Positions 45,498-55,091 are shown, counted from the stretch's first letter. The stretch: 58,210 bases of DNA from a virus (IMGVR_UViG_3300007735_000763:1-58210); one strand, 5' to 3'. Numbers and translations: made by a program. The notes: generated from the letters alone by a model not told the origin.

Positions 45498-47816
45498 ATG
45501 CCAATTGACAAAGCTATCAACCAGGCCCCGGACGCCGGCATTCTGGTCATCGCAGAGGAATCTGCCCCAATGCCGGACGTGGAGATTGTCCTGGACGCTG
45601 ACGGTAGTGCGGTCATAGAGATTGGCGAGCAGGAAGCGAAGGAAGTCGACTTCTACGCGAACCTTGCGGAGGTCATTGAGCCGGAGGCGTTGTCCAGGAT
45701 TGCTCTGGACGTGTCCGCGATGTTCGAGGCGGACAAGGGTTCGCGTTCGGATTGGGAGCAGATGTATGCCAAGGGGCTGGATCTGCTGGGCTTGCGCATG
45801 GAAGAGCGCACCAAACCCTTCCGTGGAGCGGCTGGCGCGGCCCATCCGATGCTCCAAGAGGCGATCATCCAGTTCCAGGCGCAGGCTTTTCGTGAGTTGA
45901 TGCCCGCAGGCGGCCCTGTTCGCACGCAGATCCTGGGCAAGGAGACCGTGGACAAGTTCCAGCAGGCCTCGCGCGTGCAGGATTTCATGAATTATCAGAT
46001 CACGACGGTGATGGAAGAGTACACACCGGAGTTCGATCAGCTCCTGTACTACACCGGATATGGCGGATCGACGTTCAAGAAGGTCTATTACGACGCTTCG
46101 CTCGGTCGGATGGTCTCCAAACTGTGTTTGGCGGACGATGTTTACATCCCGTACAACGGTTCGAGCGTCGTTTCGCAGTGTCCGAGGCTCACTCACCGCA
46201 TTGCGATGGACTCCAACGAGTTCAGAAAGCGTGTGGTGGCCGGCGAATACCTCGATGTACCGGTTGATTTGGAGCCAACGCCCGCAGATCCGAGCCAAAT
46301 CCAGGCTGCGATCGACAAAGTAGTCGGAATCCAGCCCACGGACTCGGCGGGCGAGGTGTTTTTGCTCGAAATGTTGGTCGATTTAGACATTCCGGGCTTT
46401 GAAGACAAGGACGACAGCGGCAATCCGACCAAAATTAAGCTGCCGTACGTGGTGACGCTGGCTGAAGACACGTTAAAAGTCATTGGCGTGCGTCGAAACT
46501 GGAAGGAAGACGACAAACTCAAGCGTCGGCGCAACTATTACGTGCACTACGTGCTCGTCGAAGGCCCTGGCGCGTACGGTCTGGGCTTTGTGCACCTGAT
46601 CGGTGGTCTTTCCAAGGCCGCGACGACGGCTTTGCGGCAGTTGATTGACGCGGGAACGCTTGCCAACCTGCCTGCGGGCTTCAAGGCACGCGGCGCGCGG
46701 ATCGCGGACGATTCTGACCCGATCCAACCTGGCGAGTGGCGCGACATCGAGGTAGGCGGCGCGGAGATTTCTTCGTCCTTGCTGCCGTTGCCGTACAAAG
46801 AGCCGAGTCAGGTGCTCTTTGCGCTGCTTGGATTCCTCGTAGACGCCGGCAAGCGGCTCTCGAGCACCGCTGACATGCAGGTCGGCGACGGAAATCAGTA
46901 CGCACAGGTCGGCACGACGCTTGCGCTCCTCGAGCGTGGCTCGATGGTGATGTCGGCGATCCATAAGCGACTGCACTACGCACAGTCGCTGGAGTTTCGG
47001 CTGCTGGCCGAGGGCTTTGGCGAGTATCTGCCGGATGAGTACCCGTACGAAGTGCCGGGTGCGAGCCGAAAGATCAAACGGGTCGACTTCAACAACATGG
47101 TGGCGGTGCTGCCAGTTGCCGATCCCAACATTTTCAGCAGCGCGCAGCGTATTCAGCTTGCCCAGATGCAGTTGCAGATGGCGCAGAGCGCCCCGCAGAT
47201 GCACAACATCTACGAGGCGTACTACCGCGTGTACTCTGCGCTCAACGTGCGCGACATTGACGGCATTCTCTTGCCGCAACACACGCAGATGCCGAAGGAT
47301 CCGGCGAGTGAGAACGCATCCGTACTTAACAGCATGCAGCTCAAGGCCTTTGCCGGCCAGCAGCACGATGCGCATATCGCTACGCACTTGATGATGGGGC
47401 TTTCGCCGATCCTCCAGGGCAACCCGATGGCGGCAATGGTGCTTCAGCAGCACATTCTTGATCACGTGCGTTTGAAGGCCGAGGAAGACGTCGAAGCGGA
47501 TCTCTTCAAACTGTACGGTACGGATCCCGATCGCATGGTCTCGCAGATCCAAAAGGAAGGCATGGTTGCGATCAAGGTCGCGCAGTACATGCAAGAGGTT
47601 CGCAGCCTACAGGATCAACTCTCGGGTGCGGGAGCCGGGGCAGAAGACCCGTTGGTCGCGCTTAAGGAGAAGGAAATCGAGCAGCGCGCGCAGGCGGAGC
47701 AGGCGAAGATCCAGCTTAACCAGCAGAAGTTGCAGCTTGAGCAGCAGAAGCTCCAGCAGTCGACGCAGATTGATCAACAACGCCTGCGATTGCAGGCCGC
47801 TAGAGGAGGACGTTGA
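45498..47816 (+). CDS. portal protein
   Basis: 772 aa; HPML.EA..QFQAQA, GSTFKKVYYD, LRQLIDAGTLANLP, VGTTLAL; C-terminal coiled coil. Confidence 0.9.
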   Translation: MPIDKAINQAPDAGILVIAEESAPMPDVEIVLDADGSAVIEIGEQEAKEVDFYANLAEVIEPEALSRIALDVSAMFEADKGSRSDWEQMYAKGLDLLGLRMEERTKPFRGAAGAAHPMLQEAIIQFQAQAFRELMPAGGPVRTQILGKETVDKFQQASRVQDFMNYQITTVMEEYTPEFDQLLYYTGYGGSTFKKVYYDASLGRMVSKLCLADDVYIPYNGSSVVSQCPRLTHRIAMDSNEFRKRVVAGEYLDVPVDLEPTPADPSQIQAAIDKVVGIQPTDSAGEVFLLEMLVDLDIPGFEDKDDSGNPTKIKLPYVVTLAEDTLKVIGVRRNWKEDDKLKRRRNYYVHYVLVEGPGAYGLGFVHLIGGLSKAATTALRQLIDAGTLANLPAGFKARGARIADDSDPIQPGEWRDIEVGGAEISSSLLPLPYKEPSQVLFALLGFLVDAGKRLSSTADMQVGDGNQYAQVGTTLALLERGSMVMSAIHKRLHYAQSLEFRLLAEGFGEYLPDEYPYEVPGASRKIKRVDFNNMVAVLPVADPNIFSSAQRIQLAQMQLQMAQSAPQMHNIYEAYYRVYSALNVRDIDGILLPQHTQMPKDPASENASVLNSMQLKAFAGQQHDAHIATHLMMGLSPILQGNPMAAMVLQQHILDHVRLKAEEDVEADLFKLYGTDPDRMVSQIQKEGMVAIKVAQYMQEVRSLQDQLSGAGAGAEDPLVALKEKEIEQRAQAEQAKIQLNQQKLQLEQQKLQQSTQIDQQRLRLQAARGGR

Positions 47817-47817
47817 G

Positions 47818-48066
47818 ATGCCTTTGAAACGTGGATCGAGTCAGAAGACGATCAGCTCAAACATTGGTGAGATGGTCCGTTCCTTCAAGAAGAAGGGCAA
47901 GATCGGCACCAGCAAGCCGTCGAGTGTTGGCGCCGCAGCCAAGCAGGCCGCAGCCATTGCGTACTCTAAGGCCGGCAAGTCGCGCAACATGGGTAAGGGC
48001 GGCGTGATGGGCGCTGTCAAGACCGTCAAGAAGAAGGATGGCAACCGCCCCGTCAAGATTTATTGA
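47818..48066 (+). CDS. small basic virion-module protein
   Basis: MPLKRGSSQKTISSNI...KQAAAIAYSKAG; GAGGAGG SD. Confidence 0.75.
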   Translation: MPLKRGSSQKTISSNIGEMVRSFKKKGKIGTSKPSSVGAAAKQAAAIAYSKAGKSRNMGKGGVMGAVKTVKKKDGNRPVKIY

Positions 48067-48123
48067 TTAGATCCCGCGCTTCAGGGAGGGCGCTGACCTC
48101 TCTGCTTTTCATGGAAACTTACC

Positions 48124-48315
48124 ATGCTTGATTTTGCAGAATCTGTTCTGAAAGAAATCAGAAAGCTTCGCCAAAGCTCGGAGGAGATGGTCCTCCATGG
48201 CGCTATCCAGGACATGGAGCGGTATCGCTTCGTCATGGGTCGTCTTGAGGCATTAAAGCTGGTTGAGGAATCCGTGAAGGAGCTTTTGAAGCGGCGCACG
48301 GAAGACCAGTTTTAA
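48124..48315 (+). CDS. small conserved head-module protein
   Basis: G...DMERYRFVMGRLEAL motif before GroES. Confidence 0.75.
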   Translation: MLDFAESVLKEIRKLRQSSEEMVLHGAIQDMERYRFVMGRLEALKLVEESVKELLKRRTEDQF

Positions 48316-48329
48316 CCACCAGGAGACTT

Positions 48330-48797
48330 ATGAACGTAGAAGCTAAAAAGCTGACTGCTTTGGAAGAAAAGTGGCAGCAGGAGATCGCCGCAAAAGTGCC
48401 GTCGCTTGAAGACGCGTACACCACAGAGGGTCTAAAGCCCGAGAACCTTGACGCTTCCGTCGTCGACCGCATTCCCACACCGACCGGCTGGCGCATCGCC
48501 ATCCTGCCGTACCGTGGGGCTGAGAAGACCAAAGGCGGCATCGCTCTGGCCGAGGAAACGCAGCGCAAGCAGCAGTTGACGACTGTGTGCGGCTACGTGC
48601 TCAAGGTAGGTCCGGTGGCGTATGCCGATGAGGGTAAGTTCCCGACCGGCCCGTGGTGCAAGCAGGGTGATTGGATCATCTTTGGTCGTTATGCCGGCGC
48701 GCGGATTCCGATCGATGGCGGAGAGATCCGGTTGATTAACGACGATGAGGTCTTGGGGATCGTGAACGATCCTGAAGACGTCCTCCACATGTGGTAA
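48330..48797 (+). CDS. groES: co-chaperonin GroES (Cpn10)
   Basis: PTGWRIAI, EKTKGGIAL, VLKVGP, GDWIIFGRYAG, INDDEVLGIV. Confidence 0.9.
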   Translation: MNVEAKKLTALEEKWQQEIAAKVPSLEDAYTTEGLKPENLDASVVDRIPTPTGWRIAILPYRGAEKTKGGIALAEETQRKQQLTTVCGYVLKVGPVAYADEGKFPTGPWCKQGDWIIFGRYAGARIPIDGGEIRLINDDEVLGIVNDPEDVLHMW

Positions 48798-48808
48798 GGA
48801 GAGAACAG

Positions 48809-49726
48809 ATGGTGCAGGAACAATTGGAATATAACGTCGGCGAGGACGAAACCCCCGCCACAGTCAGTTTGAGCGAGGACGGCAAAGCAGAGGTCGTCCC
48901 CGAGACCGCCCCTAAAGCAGAGGCTGCTCCGGCTCAAGAGAAAGAACTGGATCAGTACAGCGATAACGTCAAAAAGCGTATCGACAAGCTAACGGCCCGG
49001 CTGCGGGAGACGCAGCGCCGTGAGCAGGCGGCGCTGGAGTACGCCAAACAGGTTCAGGCGCGTGCGCAGGAGCTTGAGCAGCAGTACATCCGCACGGACG
49101 AAGGCCGGCTGACCGAGGCCAAGGGCCGTGTTGAGACACAGGTCGTCGCGCTCAAGCAGATCATCCGCAAAGCCCGTGAAGAGGGCGACGTGGATACGGA
49201 GACCGAGGCCCAGCAGCGCCTGACCGCGCTCACGCTCGAACAGAACCAGATCGATCAGGCCTCCGGGCAGCGAGCCGCGTGGCTTGCCCAGCAACAGGCG
49301 GCACAAGAAGCCGCAGCTCAACAGGCGGCGCAGGCTGCCGCCCAGCAGCCTCGTCAGGTTGATCCACGGGTCGAGGAGTGGGCTGAGAGAAACAAGTGGT
49401 ACGGACGGGATAATGTGATGACCCATGCTGCGTGGGGCATTCACCGCCAGTTGCTCCAGGTTGAGGGATTTGACCCCAACTCGGACGAGTACTATCATGA
49501 ACTTGACAAACGTATCCGAGAGGCTTTTCCGCAGAAGTTTGCGGAAGAGAGTTCGGGTACGCAGGGCAGGGCAACAAGAACCGTGCAGACGGTTGCCCCG
49601 GCTTCACGATCCTCTGGGATCAACACCACTGCACGCCGCACTGTCAAATTGACCCCTAGTCAAGTGGCAATTGCAAAAAAGCTGGGCGTTCCCCTTGAGG
49701 AATACGCCAAGTACGTGAAGGAGTAA
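48809..49726 (+). CDS. capsid scaffolding protein
   Basis: Acidic coiled coil; C-terminal VKLT.SQVAIAKKLGVPLEEYAK; upstream of capsid. Confidence 0.75.
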   Translation: MVQEQLEYNVGEDETPATVSLSEDGKAEVVPETAPKAEAAPAQEKELDQYSDNVKKRIDKLTARLRETQRREQAALEYAKQVQARAQELEQQYIRTDEGRLTEAKGRVETQVVALKQIIRKAREEGDVDTETEAQQRLTALTLEQNQIDQASGQRAAWLAQQQAAQEAAAQQAAQAAAQQPRQVDPRVEEWAERNKWYGRDNVMTHAAWGIHRQLLQVEGFDPNSDEYYHELDKRIREAFPQKFAEESSGTQGRATRTVQTVAPASRSSGINTTARRTVKLTPSQVAIAKKLGVPLEEYAKYVKE

Positions 49727-49731
49727 GGACT

Positions 49732-50217
49732 ATGTCGGACGTTAAAATGACTGTTACCCGCGCTTCTCGTGAGACCGAAACTCGCGCGAAGACCGCGCGA
49801 CGCCGACCATGGGCACCGCCTTCACGCTTGGATGCGCCCCCGGCACCTCCGGGTTACAAGCACCGTTGGATTCGGGCTTCGGCAGGAGGGGTAGAAGACC
49901 GCTCGAACATTGCAGGCCGTCTCCGTGAGGGGTACGAGTTTGTACGAGCGGACGAATATCCTGACTTCCCGACCCCATCGGTAGACGATGGTCGACACGC
50001 TGGCGTAATCAGCGTGGGAGGCCTCCTCTTGGCTCGTATCCCCGAAGAAACTGTCGAGGAACGCAACGCGTATTACCTGAATAAGGCGAGCGACCAAATG
50101 CAGGCTGCGGACAACGAGCTGATGAAGAGCAATGCTCACTCGAGCATGGTGATCGAACGCCCGTCCCGCCGGTCTCGTGTTTCATTCGGCGGTTCCAAAA
50201 CTGGAACCAGTGAATAA
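49732..50217 (+). CDS. conserved head-module protein
   Basis: W.PPS.LDAP...GYKHRWIR...REGYEFV...GGLLLARIP. Confidence 0.75.
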   Translation: MSDVKMTVTRASRETETRAKTARRRPWAPPSRLDAPPAPPGYKHRWIRASAGGVEDRSNIAGRLREGYEFVRADEYPDFPTPSVDDGRHAGVISVGGLLLARIPEETVEERNAYYLNKASDQMQAADNELMKSNAHSSMVIERPSRRSRVSFGGSKTGTSE

Positions 50218-50237
50218 CTTTTTAGAGGATTTATCAA

Positions 50238-50816
50238 ATGGCAAATGTAGACAAAGCCTTTGGTTTCCGTCCTCTCGGCAATTTGTCTGCGACTGGAGCT
50301 CAGAAGCAGTACGGTTACGAGATTGCGGATAACCAGTCAGGTGCGATCTACCAGGGCGACCTGGTGACGATCGTGAACGGCTATGTTGTTAAGTTCCTCC
50401 CGGCTACGCACGCTGCGGCGCTGGGGGTCTTCAACGGTTGCTTTTACATCGACCCGACGTCGGGCAAGCCGACCTGGAAGAACTACTATCCCGGTAGCGT
50501 CAACATCACCGAAGGCAAGATTACTGCCGACGTGATTGACGATCCGAGCCAGTTGTTCATCGTCCAGGCCGATGGTGTCGTTTCTCAGGCCAACATTGGC
50601 AAGAACGCGGACGTCATTGGAACTGGCGGCAGCACCACCACGGGTGTGTCTACGATGGAGCTGAACACGGCGACCATCGCGGATACGGCGGCACTCAACC
50701 TCAAGATCGTTGGCCTGTGGAATGTCCCTGGCAATGAACTCGGGGAGTTTGCCGTGCTTGTTGTGAAGATCAACGAGCACCTGTACGGCAGCACCGGCGT
50801 TAAGGCCGTAACCTGA
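50238..50816 (+). CDS. minor capsid / decoration protein
   Basis: MANVD.AFGFRP start; beta-rich; immediately before MCP. Confidence 0.7.
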   Translation: MANVDKAFGFRPLGNLSATGAQKQYGYEIADNQSGAIYQGDLVTIVNGYVVKFLPATHAAALGVFNGCFYIDPTSGKPTWKNYYPGSVNITEGKITADVIDDPSQLFIVQADGVVSQANIGKNADVIGTGGSTTTGVSTMELNTATIADTAALNLKIVGLWNVPGNELGEFAVLVVKINEHLYGSTGVKAVT

Positions 50817-50833
50817 TTATAGGGGCATAAAAA

Positions 50834-51742
50834 ATGGCTATTTCACGTGCACAACTTGTTAAGGAGCTGGAGCCGGGCTTGAACGCCCTGTTCGGCCTCG
50901 AGTACAAGAACTACGAAAACGAGCACGCCGAGATTTACTCGGTGGAGACCTCGGATCGTGCGTTCGAGGAAGAGGTGATGGAGTCCGGCTTTGCCGAGGC
51001 TCCGGTGAAGACGGAAGGCGCTGGCGTTGCATACGACCAGGCTCAGGAAGTCTACACTGCTCGCTACACCCACGAGACGATCGCTCTCGCGTTCTCGCTC
51101 ACCGAAGAAGCCGTTGAGGACAACCTCTACGACCGTCTCTCGGCGCGTTACACGAGGGCGCTTGCTCGTTCCATGGCTCAGACGAAGCAGATCAAGGCGG
51201 CCAGCGTGCTTAACGGCGCGTTCACGACCTCCCTTGGTGGCGACGGCAAGCCGCTTTGCGCAGATGACCACCCGACTTTGACGGGTCCAAATCTGGCGAA
51301 CGAGCTGGCCACCGCAGCGGATCTGAGCGAGACCTCCCTCGAGCAGGCTCTGATCGACATCGCCAAGTTCACCGATGAGCGTGGCCTGAAGATCGCTGTT
51401 CAGGGCTTGAAGCTCGTCATCCCGAAGGAACTCATGTTTACGGCTGATCGTATCCTCAAGTCGACGCTTCGTACGGCGACGGCGGATAACGACATCAACG
51501 CTGTCAAGAACATGGGCATGGTGCCGCAGGGCTACACCGTGAACCACTTCCTGACCGACCCGGACGCTTGGTTTATCAAGACCGACGCTCCGAACGGCAT
51601 GAAGATGTTCCAGCGTGTATCCATCAAGACTGGTTTCGAGGGCGACTTCGACACCGGCAACGTGCGGTACAAGGCTCGCGAGCGCTACAGCTTCGGCTTC
51701 AGCGACCCGCGTGGCATCTTCGGATCGCCCGGCGCTGCTTAA
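50834..51742 (+). CDS. major capsid protein
   Basis: MAISRAQLVKELEPGLNALFG...GDFDTGNVRYKARERYSFG.SDPRG; strong codon bias; terminator follows. Confidence 0.92.
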   Translation: MAISRAQLVKELEPGLNALFGLEYKNYENEHAEIYSVETSDRAFEEEVMESGFAEAPVKTEGAGVAYDQAQEVYTARYTHETIALAFSLTEEAVEDNLYDRLSARYTRALARSMAQTKQIKAASVLNGAFTTSLGGDGKPLCADDHPTLTGPNLANELATAADLSETSLEQALIDIAKFTDERGLKIAVQGLKLVIPKELMFTADRILKSTLRTATADNDINAVKNMGMVPQGYTVNHFLTDPDAWFIKTDAPNGMKMFQRVSIKTGFEGDFDTGNVRYKARERYSFGFSDPRGIFGSPGAA

Positions 51743-51755
51743 TCAGCAGACAAGC

Positions 51756-51783
51756 AAGGGGGCCGCAAGGCCCCCTTTCTTTT
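51756..51783 (+). terminator. Rho-independent terminator
   Basis: AAGGGGGCC-GCAA-GGCCCCCTT then T-rich tail. Confidence 0.85.
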
Positions 51784-51823
51784 GCCTATAGACTGGCATA
51801 GAGTTCGTCCACGGGGGTTGTTC

Positions 51824-52414
51824 GTGCCATACGCGCAAGACGTCATTGGGATATACAAGATCGTCAACAAGGCGACGAATGCCTGTTATGTTGGGCAATC
51901 CCAGTGCGTTAAAAAGCGCATAAAAGAACATTTCCGGCTACTGCGTTGGAATAAGCATCCAAACGTCAAGCTCCAGAATGCTTACAACAAGTACGGTGCC
52001 CAGAATTTCGTTTGGGAACTTGAGGTGGTGTGCGAGGACACAGAGGACTTGGACAAGCTCGAAGAGGCTTTTCTGTCCAAGCAGGCGTGGTTTGACGAGC
52101 CCACCATCTACAACATTGCCGATTTTGCCAAGGCCCCGATGCGCAATCGCCAGCATTCCGAAGAGGTGCGTGAGCGGATTCGCATCGGCCGTCGAGCCTC
52201 GACGTTTGATTACCGCTCAGAGGGCTACAAGAAACGCTTGTCTGAGGCACACCAAGAGCGGTGGTTTTCTGATCCTGAGTTCATTGCAAAACTCAAGTAC
52301 ATAGTTGACAATCCAGACATGACGTATGCCGAGCGCGCGCGTGTTCTGGGCAAGGACATCTCGTCCACTCGTAGACTTGCGCTCAAATATCAGCATTTAA
52401 AAGGAGTTTTATAA
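51824..52414 (+). CDS. free-standing GIY-YIG homing endonuclease
   Basis: GIYKIVN....YVGQS....R...H..L....H.N..LQ.AYNKYG; NUMOD3-like HSEEVRERI; start uncertain. Confidence 0.85.
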   Translation: MPYAQDVIGIYKIVNKATNACYVGQSQCVKKRIKEHFRLLRWNKHPNVKLQNAYNKYGAQNFVWELEVVCEDTEDLDKLEEAFLSKQAWFDEPTIYNIADFAKAPMRNRQHSEEVRERIRIGRRASTFDYRSEGYKKRLSEAHQERWFSDPEFIAKLKYIVDNPDMTYAERARVLGKDISSTRRLALKYQHLKGVL

Positions 52415-52415
52415 C

Positions 52416-52748
52416 ATGGCCGCTACGCATTTTTCCGGGCCGGTAGTATCTGATAACGGGTTTGTTGTTGGCTCTGGTGCCACCGTTTCTAAACTGCTTA
52501 GTGCTTCCGCTAGTCTGGACTTTGGCTCTATTTCTGCTGGGGCCCAGGCGGATCTGACGATCACTGTCACGGGGGCCACCACAGGCAACGAAGTTATTAT
52601 GGCTCTTCCGGCTGCTCCGGCTGCGGGCATCGTCTTTAACGCGTTTGTTTCTGCTGCGAATACGGTTACCGTTCGCGCAAGCAACATCTCAGGCTCTCCT
52701 GTGAACCCGTCGCCTGCTACATACGGTGTTGTTGTTCTGTCCGCCTAA
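52416..52748 (+). CDS. virion structural protein (head fibre/decoration-like)
   Basis: THFSGPVVS.NGF start; AAGGAG SD. Confidence 0.7.
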   Translation: MAATHFSGPVVSDNGFVVGSGATVSKLLSASASLDFGSISAGAQADLTITVTGATTGNEVIMALPAAPAAGIVFNAFVSAANTVTVRASNISGSPVNPSPATYGVVVLSA

Positions 52749-52763
52749 AGTCAGGAGGCTCTT

Positions 52764-53066
52764 ATGAGCTTTGCAAGTGACGTCAAGGCCAAAACCGTGG
52801 TCGCCACAGGCGACATGGTCAATGGCCGCACCCGTATCCAAGGCATTTACTACACCTGCACTGGAACGGCGGCTTTAATCACCCTAAAAACGGGCGGGTC
52901 TGGTGGAACGACGGTGATGGAAGTGCGGACGCCTCCGGCTGCCGGCGCATACGACATCATCATCCCGGACGATGGCATCTTGGCGACCGACGGCGTGCAT
53001 GCCACGTTGTCTTCTGCCGAGGTTCTCAGCGTCACCGTGTTGTACGTGGGCGGAGCACCGGCCTAA
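52764..53066 (+). CDS. small virion structural protein
   Basis: AGGAGG SD; IPDDGIL...G.H motif. Confidence 0.7.
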   Translation: MSFASDVKAKTVVATGDMVNGRTRIQGIYYTCTGTAALITLKTGGSGGTTVMEVRTPPAAGAYDIIIPDDGILATDGVHATLSSAEVLSVTVLYVGGAPA

Positions 53067-53392
53067 TGAGACGCGGTCCGATGGGCATTGCCCTTCGGGG
53101 AGGCGGAGCGGTCCGCAAGGGCATGGGTATCGCTACCTCTGTCAAAAGCGGCAACTTCCGTCCAACCAAACAGGGTGCTGGCATGACCAAAAAGGGCGTG
53201 GCGGCATACCGTCGCGCCAATCCTGGCAGCAAGCTCCAAACCGCCGTTACTGAGTCTAGTCCCGGTCCCGCGCGCGCGAAGCGACGAAAGTCGTTTTGCG
53301 CGCGTTCGGCTGGGCAGATGAAGATGTACCCCGAAGCGGCTAGAGATCCCAACAGTCGCATACGTCAAGCACGCAGAAGGTGGAAGTGTTAG
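53066..53392 (+). CDS. small basic protein
   Basis: RRKSFCAR...DPNSRIRQARRRWKC. Confidence 0.75.
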   Translation: MRRGPMGIALRGGGAVRKGMGIATSVKSGNFRPTKQGAGMTKKGVAAYRRANPGSKLQTAVTESSPGPARAKRRKSFCARSAGQMKMYPEAARDPNSRIRQARRRWKC

Positions 53393-53395
53393 TTC

Positions 53396-53644
53396 ATGGA
53401 AATCATGATTTGGAACATTGTGCTGTCTGCGATCGTGGCAGTAATGGGGTTTATGTTGAAGGGCAAGTTTGACGAATTGGCTCGTTTGAGCATTTTGTTG
53501 AACAGAACCCGTGAAGAGGTTGCGAGGGAACACATTACTCGCAAGGAAGTTGACGATAGGATCGAAAAGTTCGTCGCACATGTCGACCAACGGTTCAATC
53601 GTCTCGAACTGAAACTTGATGAGCTGCGAGGCTCGAGGAACTGA
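53396..53644 (+). CDS. membrane-anchored coiled-coil protein
   Basis: N-terminal TM; LLNRTREEVAR. Confidence 0.7.
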   Translation: MEIMIWNIVLSAIVAVMGFMLKGKFDELARLSILLNRTREEVAREHITRKEVDDRIEKFVAHVDQRFNRLELKLDELRGSRN

Positions 53645-53646
53645 CA

Positions 53647-53811
53647 ATGGCTGGCAAGATGAAAATGGTCATGAAGAAGGGCAAACGAGTCCCTGCCTTT
53701 GCCGCTGATGGCATGGGTAAGATGAAGAAGGGCGGTATGGCCGACAAGAGCGGCCGTGCCATGAAGAAGGGCGGCAAAGACGCGCGCGGTCGCGCGATGC
53801 GAGGGTACTAA
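53647..53811 (+). CDS. 54-aa Met/Lys/Gly-rich peptide (not in ORF track)
   Basis: GAGGA SD; two MKKGG motifs; fills gap exactly. Confidence 0.7.
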   Translation: MAGKMKMVMKKGKRVPAFAADGMGKMKKGGMADKSGRAMKKGGKDARGRAMRGY

Positions 53812-53812
53812 C

Positions 53813-54070
53813 ATGGCAGGTCGTGGAATGGGCGCAGCCGTCCGTGGTGGCGGCGCCGTGGGCAGTGGTCCGCGAAACAAGATGGTCTCTGAGCCGAGCA
53901 TGAAGACTGGCAAAGTCGTCATGGCGTCGAAGGGCGGTGCTATTAACCAGCACAAAGAAATGGCCATGGGCATGATGGGCGGCGGCATGATGAGCCGTGG
54001 CTACAAAAAGGGCGGCATGGCCAAGAAAAAGGTCAAGAAGATGCGCTACGGCGGATCGTCTTGCGGCTAA
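53813..54070 (+). CDS. Met/Lys/Gly-rich basic peptide
   Basis: Several xxxGG motifs; GAGGG SD. Confidence 0.7.
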   Translation: MAGRGMGAAVRGGGAVGSGPRNKMVSEPSMKTGKVVMASKGGAINQHKEMAMGMMGGGMMSRGYKKGGMAKKKVKKMRYGGSSCG

Positions 54071-54073
54071 TAA

Positions 54074-54739
54074 ATGGCTACTTCGGGCACAACCGACTTC
54101 AACCTTTCCATCGATGACATCATCGAGGAGGCGTTTGAGCGTTGCGGCATGCGGCCGACGGCGGGCTATCAGCTCTCGTCGGCCCGCCGTTCGCTCAATC
54201 TCGTCTTTTTGGACTGGGCGAACCGTGGATTAAATCTTTGGACCATTGAGCAAGCGACGTATACGCTGACTCAGGGCACCAAAGAGATCACGCTTGCCAC
54301 GGATACGGTCAACGTGCTCGAGGCAATCATTCGCCAAAACAGCCAGGGCGTTAATTCTGATGTCTACATCGAGCGAATCAGCCGAGAAGACTACCTCAAC
54401 GTCCCGGATAAGACCTCAGAGGCGCGACCGGCGCAGTTCTACGTCGAGCGCACCAACACGCCAAAGGTCTACTTCTATCCGGCTGCGGATCAGACGTATA
54501 CGTTCGTCTACTATCGCATCCGCCGGATCCAGGACGCTGGCATCTACACCAACACCACGGACGTAAACTTCCGTTTCTTGCCGTGTCTGGTGTCTGGTCT
54601 GGCCTTTCAGCTCTCGCTCAAGTACGCGCCCGAGCGCGCGCAGGCCCTGAAGGCACTCTACGAAGAGGACTTCAACCGCGCGGCCTCGGAGGATCGGGAC
54701 ACTGCCAGCGTGCAGTTTGTGCCTGATATGGGGGTTTGA
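54074..54739 (+). CDS. head-tail adaptor / tail tubular protein A-like
   Basis: EEAFERCG...ARRSLN....WANRGLNLWT...RP.QFY...LYEEDF.RA. Confidence 0.75.
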   Translation: MATSGTTDFNLSIDDIIEEAFERCGMRPTAGYQLSSARRSLNLVFLDWANRGLNLWTIEQATYTLTQGTKEITLATDTVNVLEAIIRQNSQGVNSDVYIERISREDYLNVPDKTSEARPAQFYVERTNTPKVYFYPAADQTYTFVYYRIRRIQDAGIYTNTTDVNFRFLPCLVSGLAFQLSLKYAPERAQALKALYEEDFNRAASEDRDTASVQFVPDMGV

Positions 54740-54740
54740 C

Positions 54741-55091
54741 ATGGCATACGCCACTGGCAAGTTCTCCTACGGTCTTTGCGACTTCTGTGGGCAGCGATAT
54801 CCCTACAATGTCCTGCGCAAACAGTGGCAGGGCTACATGGTGTGCCCGGACGACTATGAGCCAAAGGAACCGCAACTGGAGCCGCTCCGTTATCGCGGCG
54901 ATGCTATCGCGCTGCGTGACCCGCGTCCCGATCGTATCGAGCCGGTCTCCGTGTTCGTCGGTGCGCCTGGGTTTACGGCGTTCCAAAGCTTTGGTACAGC
55001 GCGCAACACGAACGATATGCGCCCGTACATCGTCGGCCAGGCGTTGATTGCGCAGGGTGTTGTTGGTGGAGTCACGGTAAGCACGTCATGA
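54741..55091 (+). CDS. conserved Cys-containing virion-module protein
   Basis: CDFCGQRY...W.G..VC...EPK.PQL...PRPD. Confidence 0.75.
   Translation: MAYATGKFSYGLCDFCGQRYPYNVLRKQWQGYMVCPDDYEPKEPQLEPLRYRGDAIALRDPRPDRIEPVSVFVGAPGFTAFQSFGTARNTNDMRPYIVGQALIAQGVVGGVTVSTS

Noticed and set aside
51743-52415. Group I intron around the GIY-YIG gene (also 1116-1592)
   Set aside because: Flanking genes are intact and there is no room for an intron core
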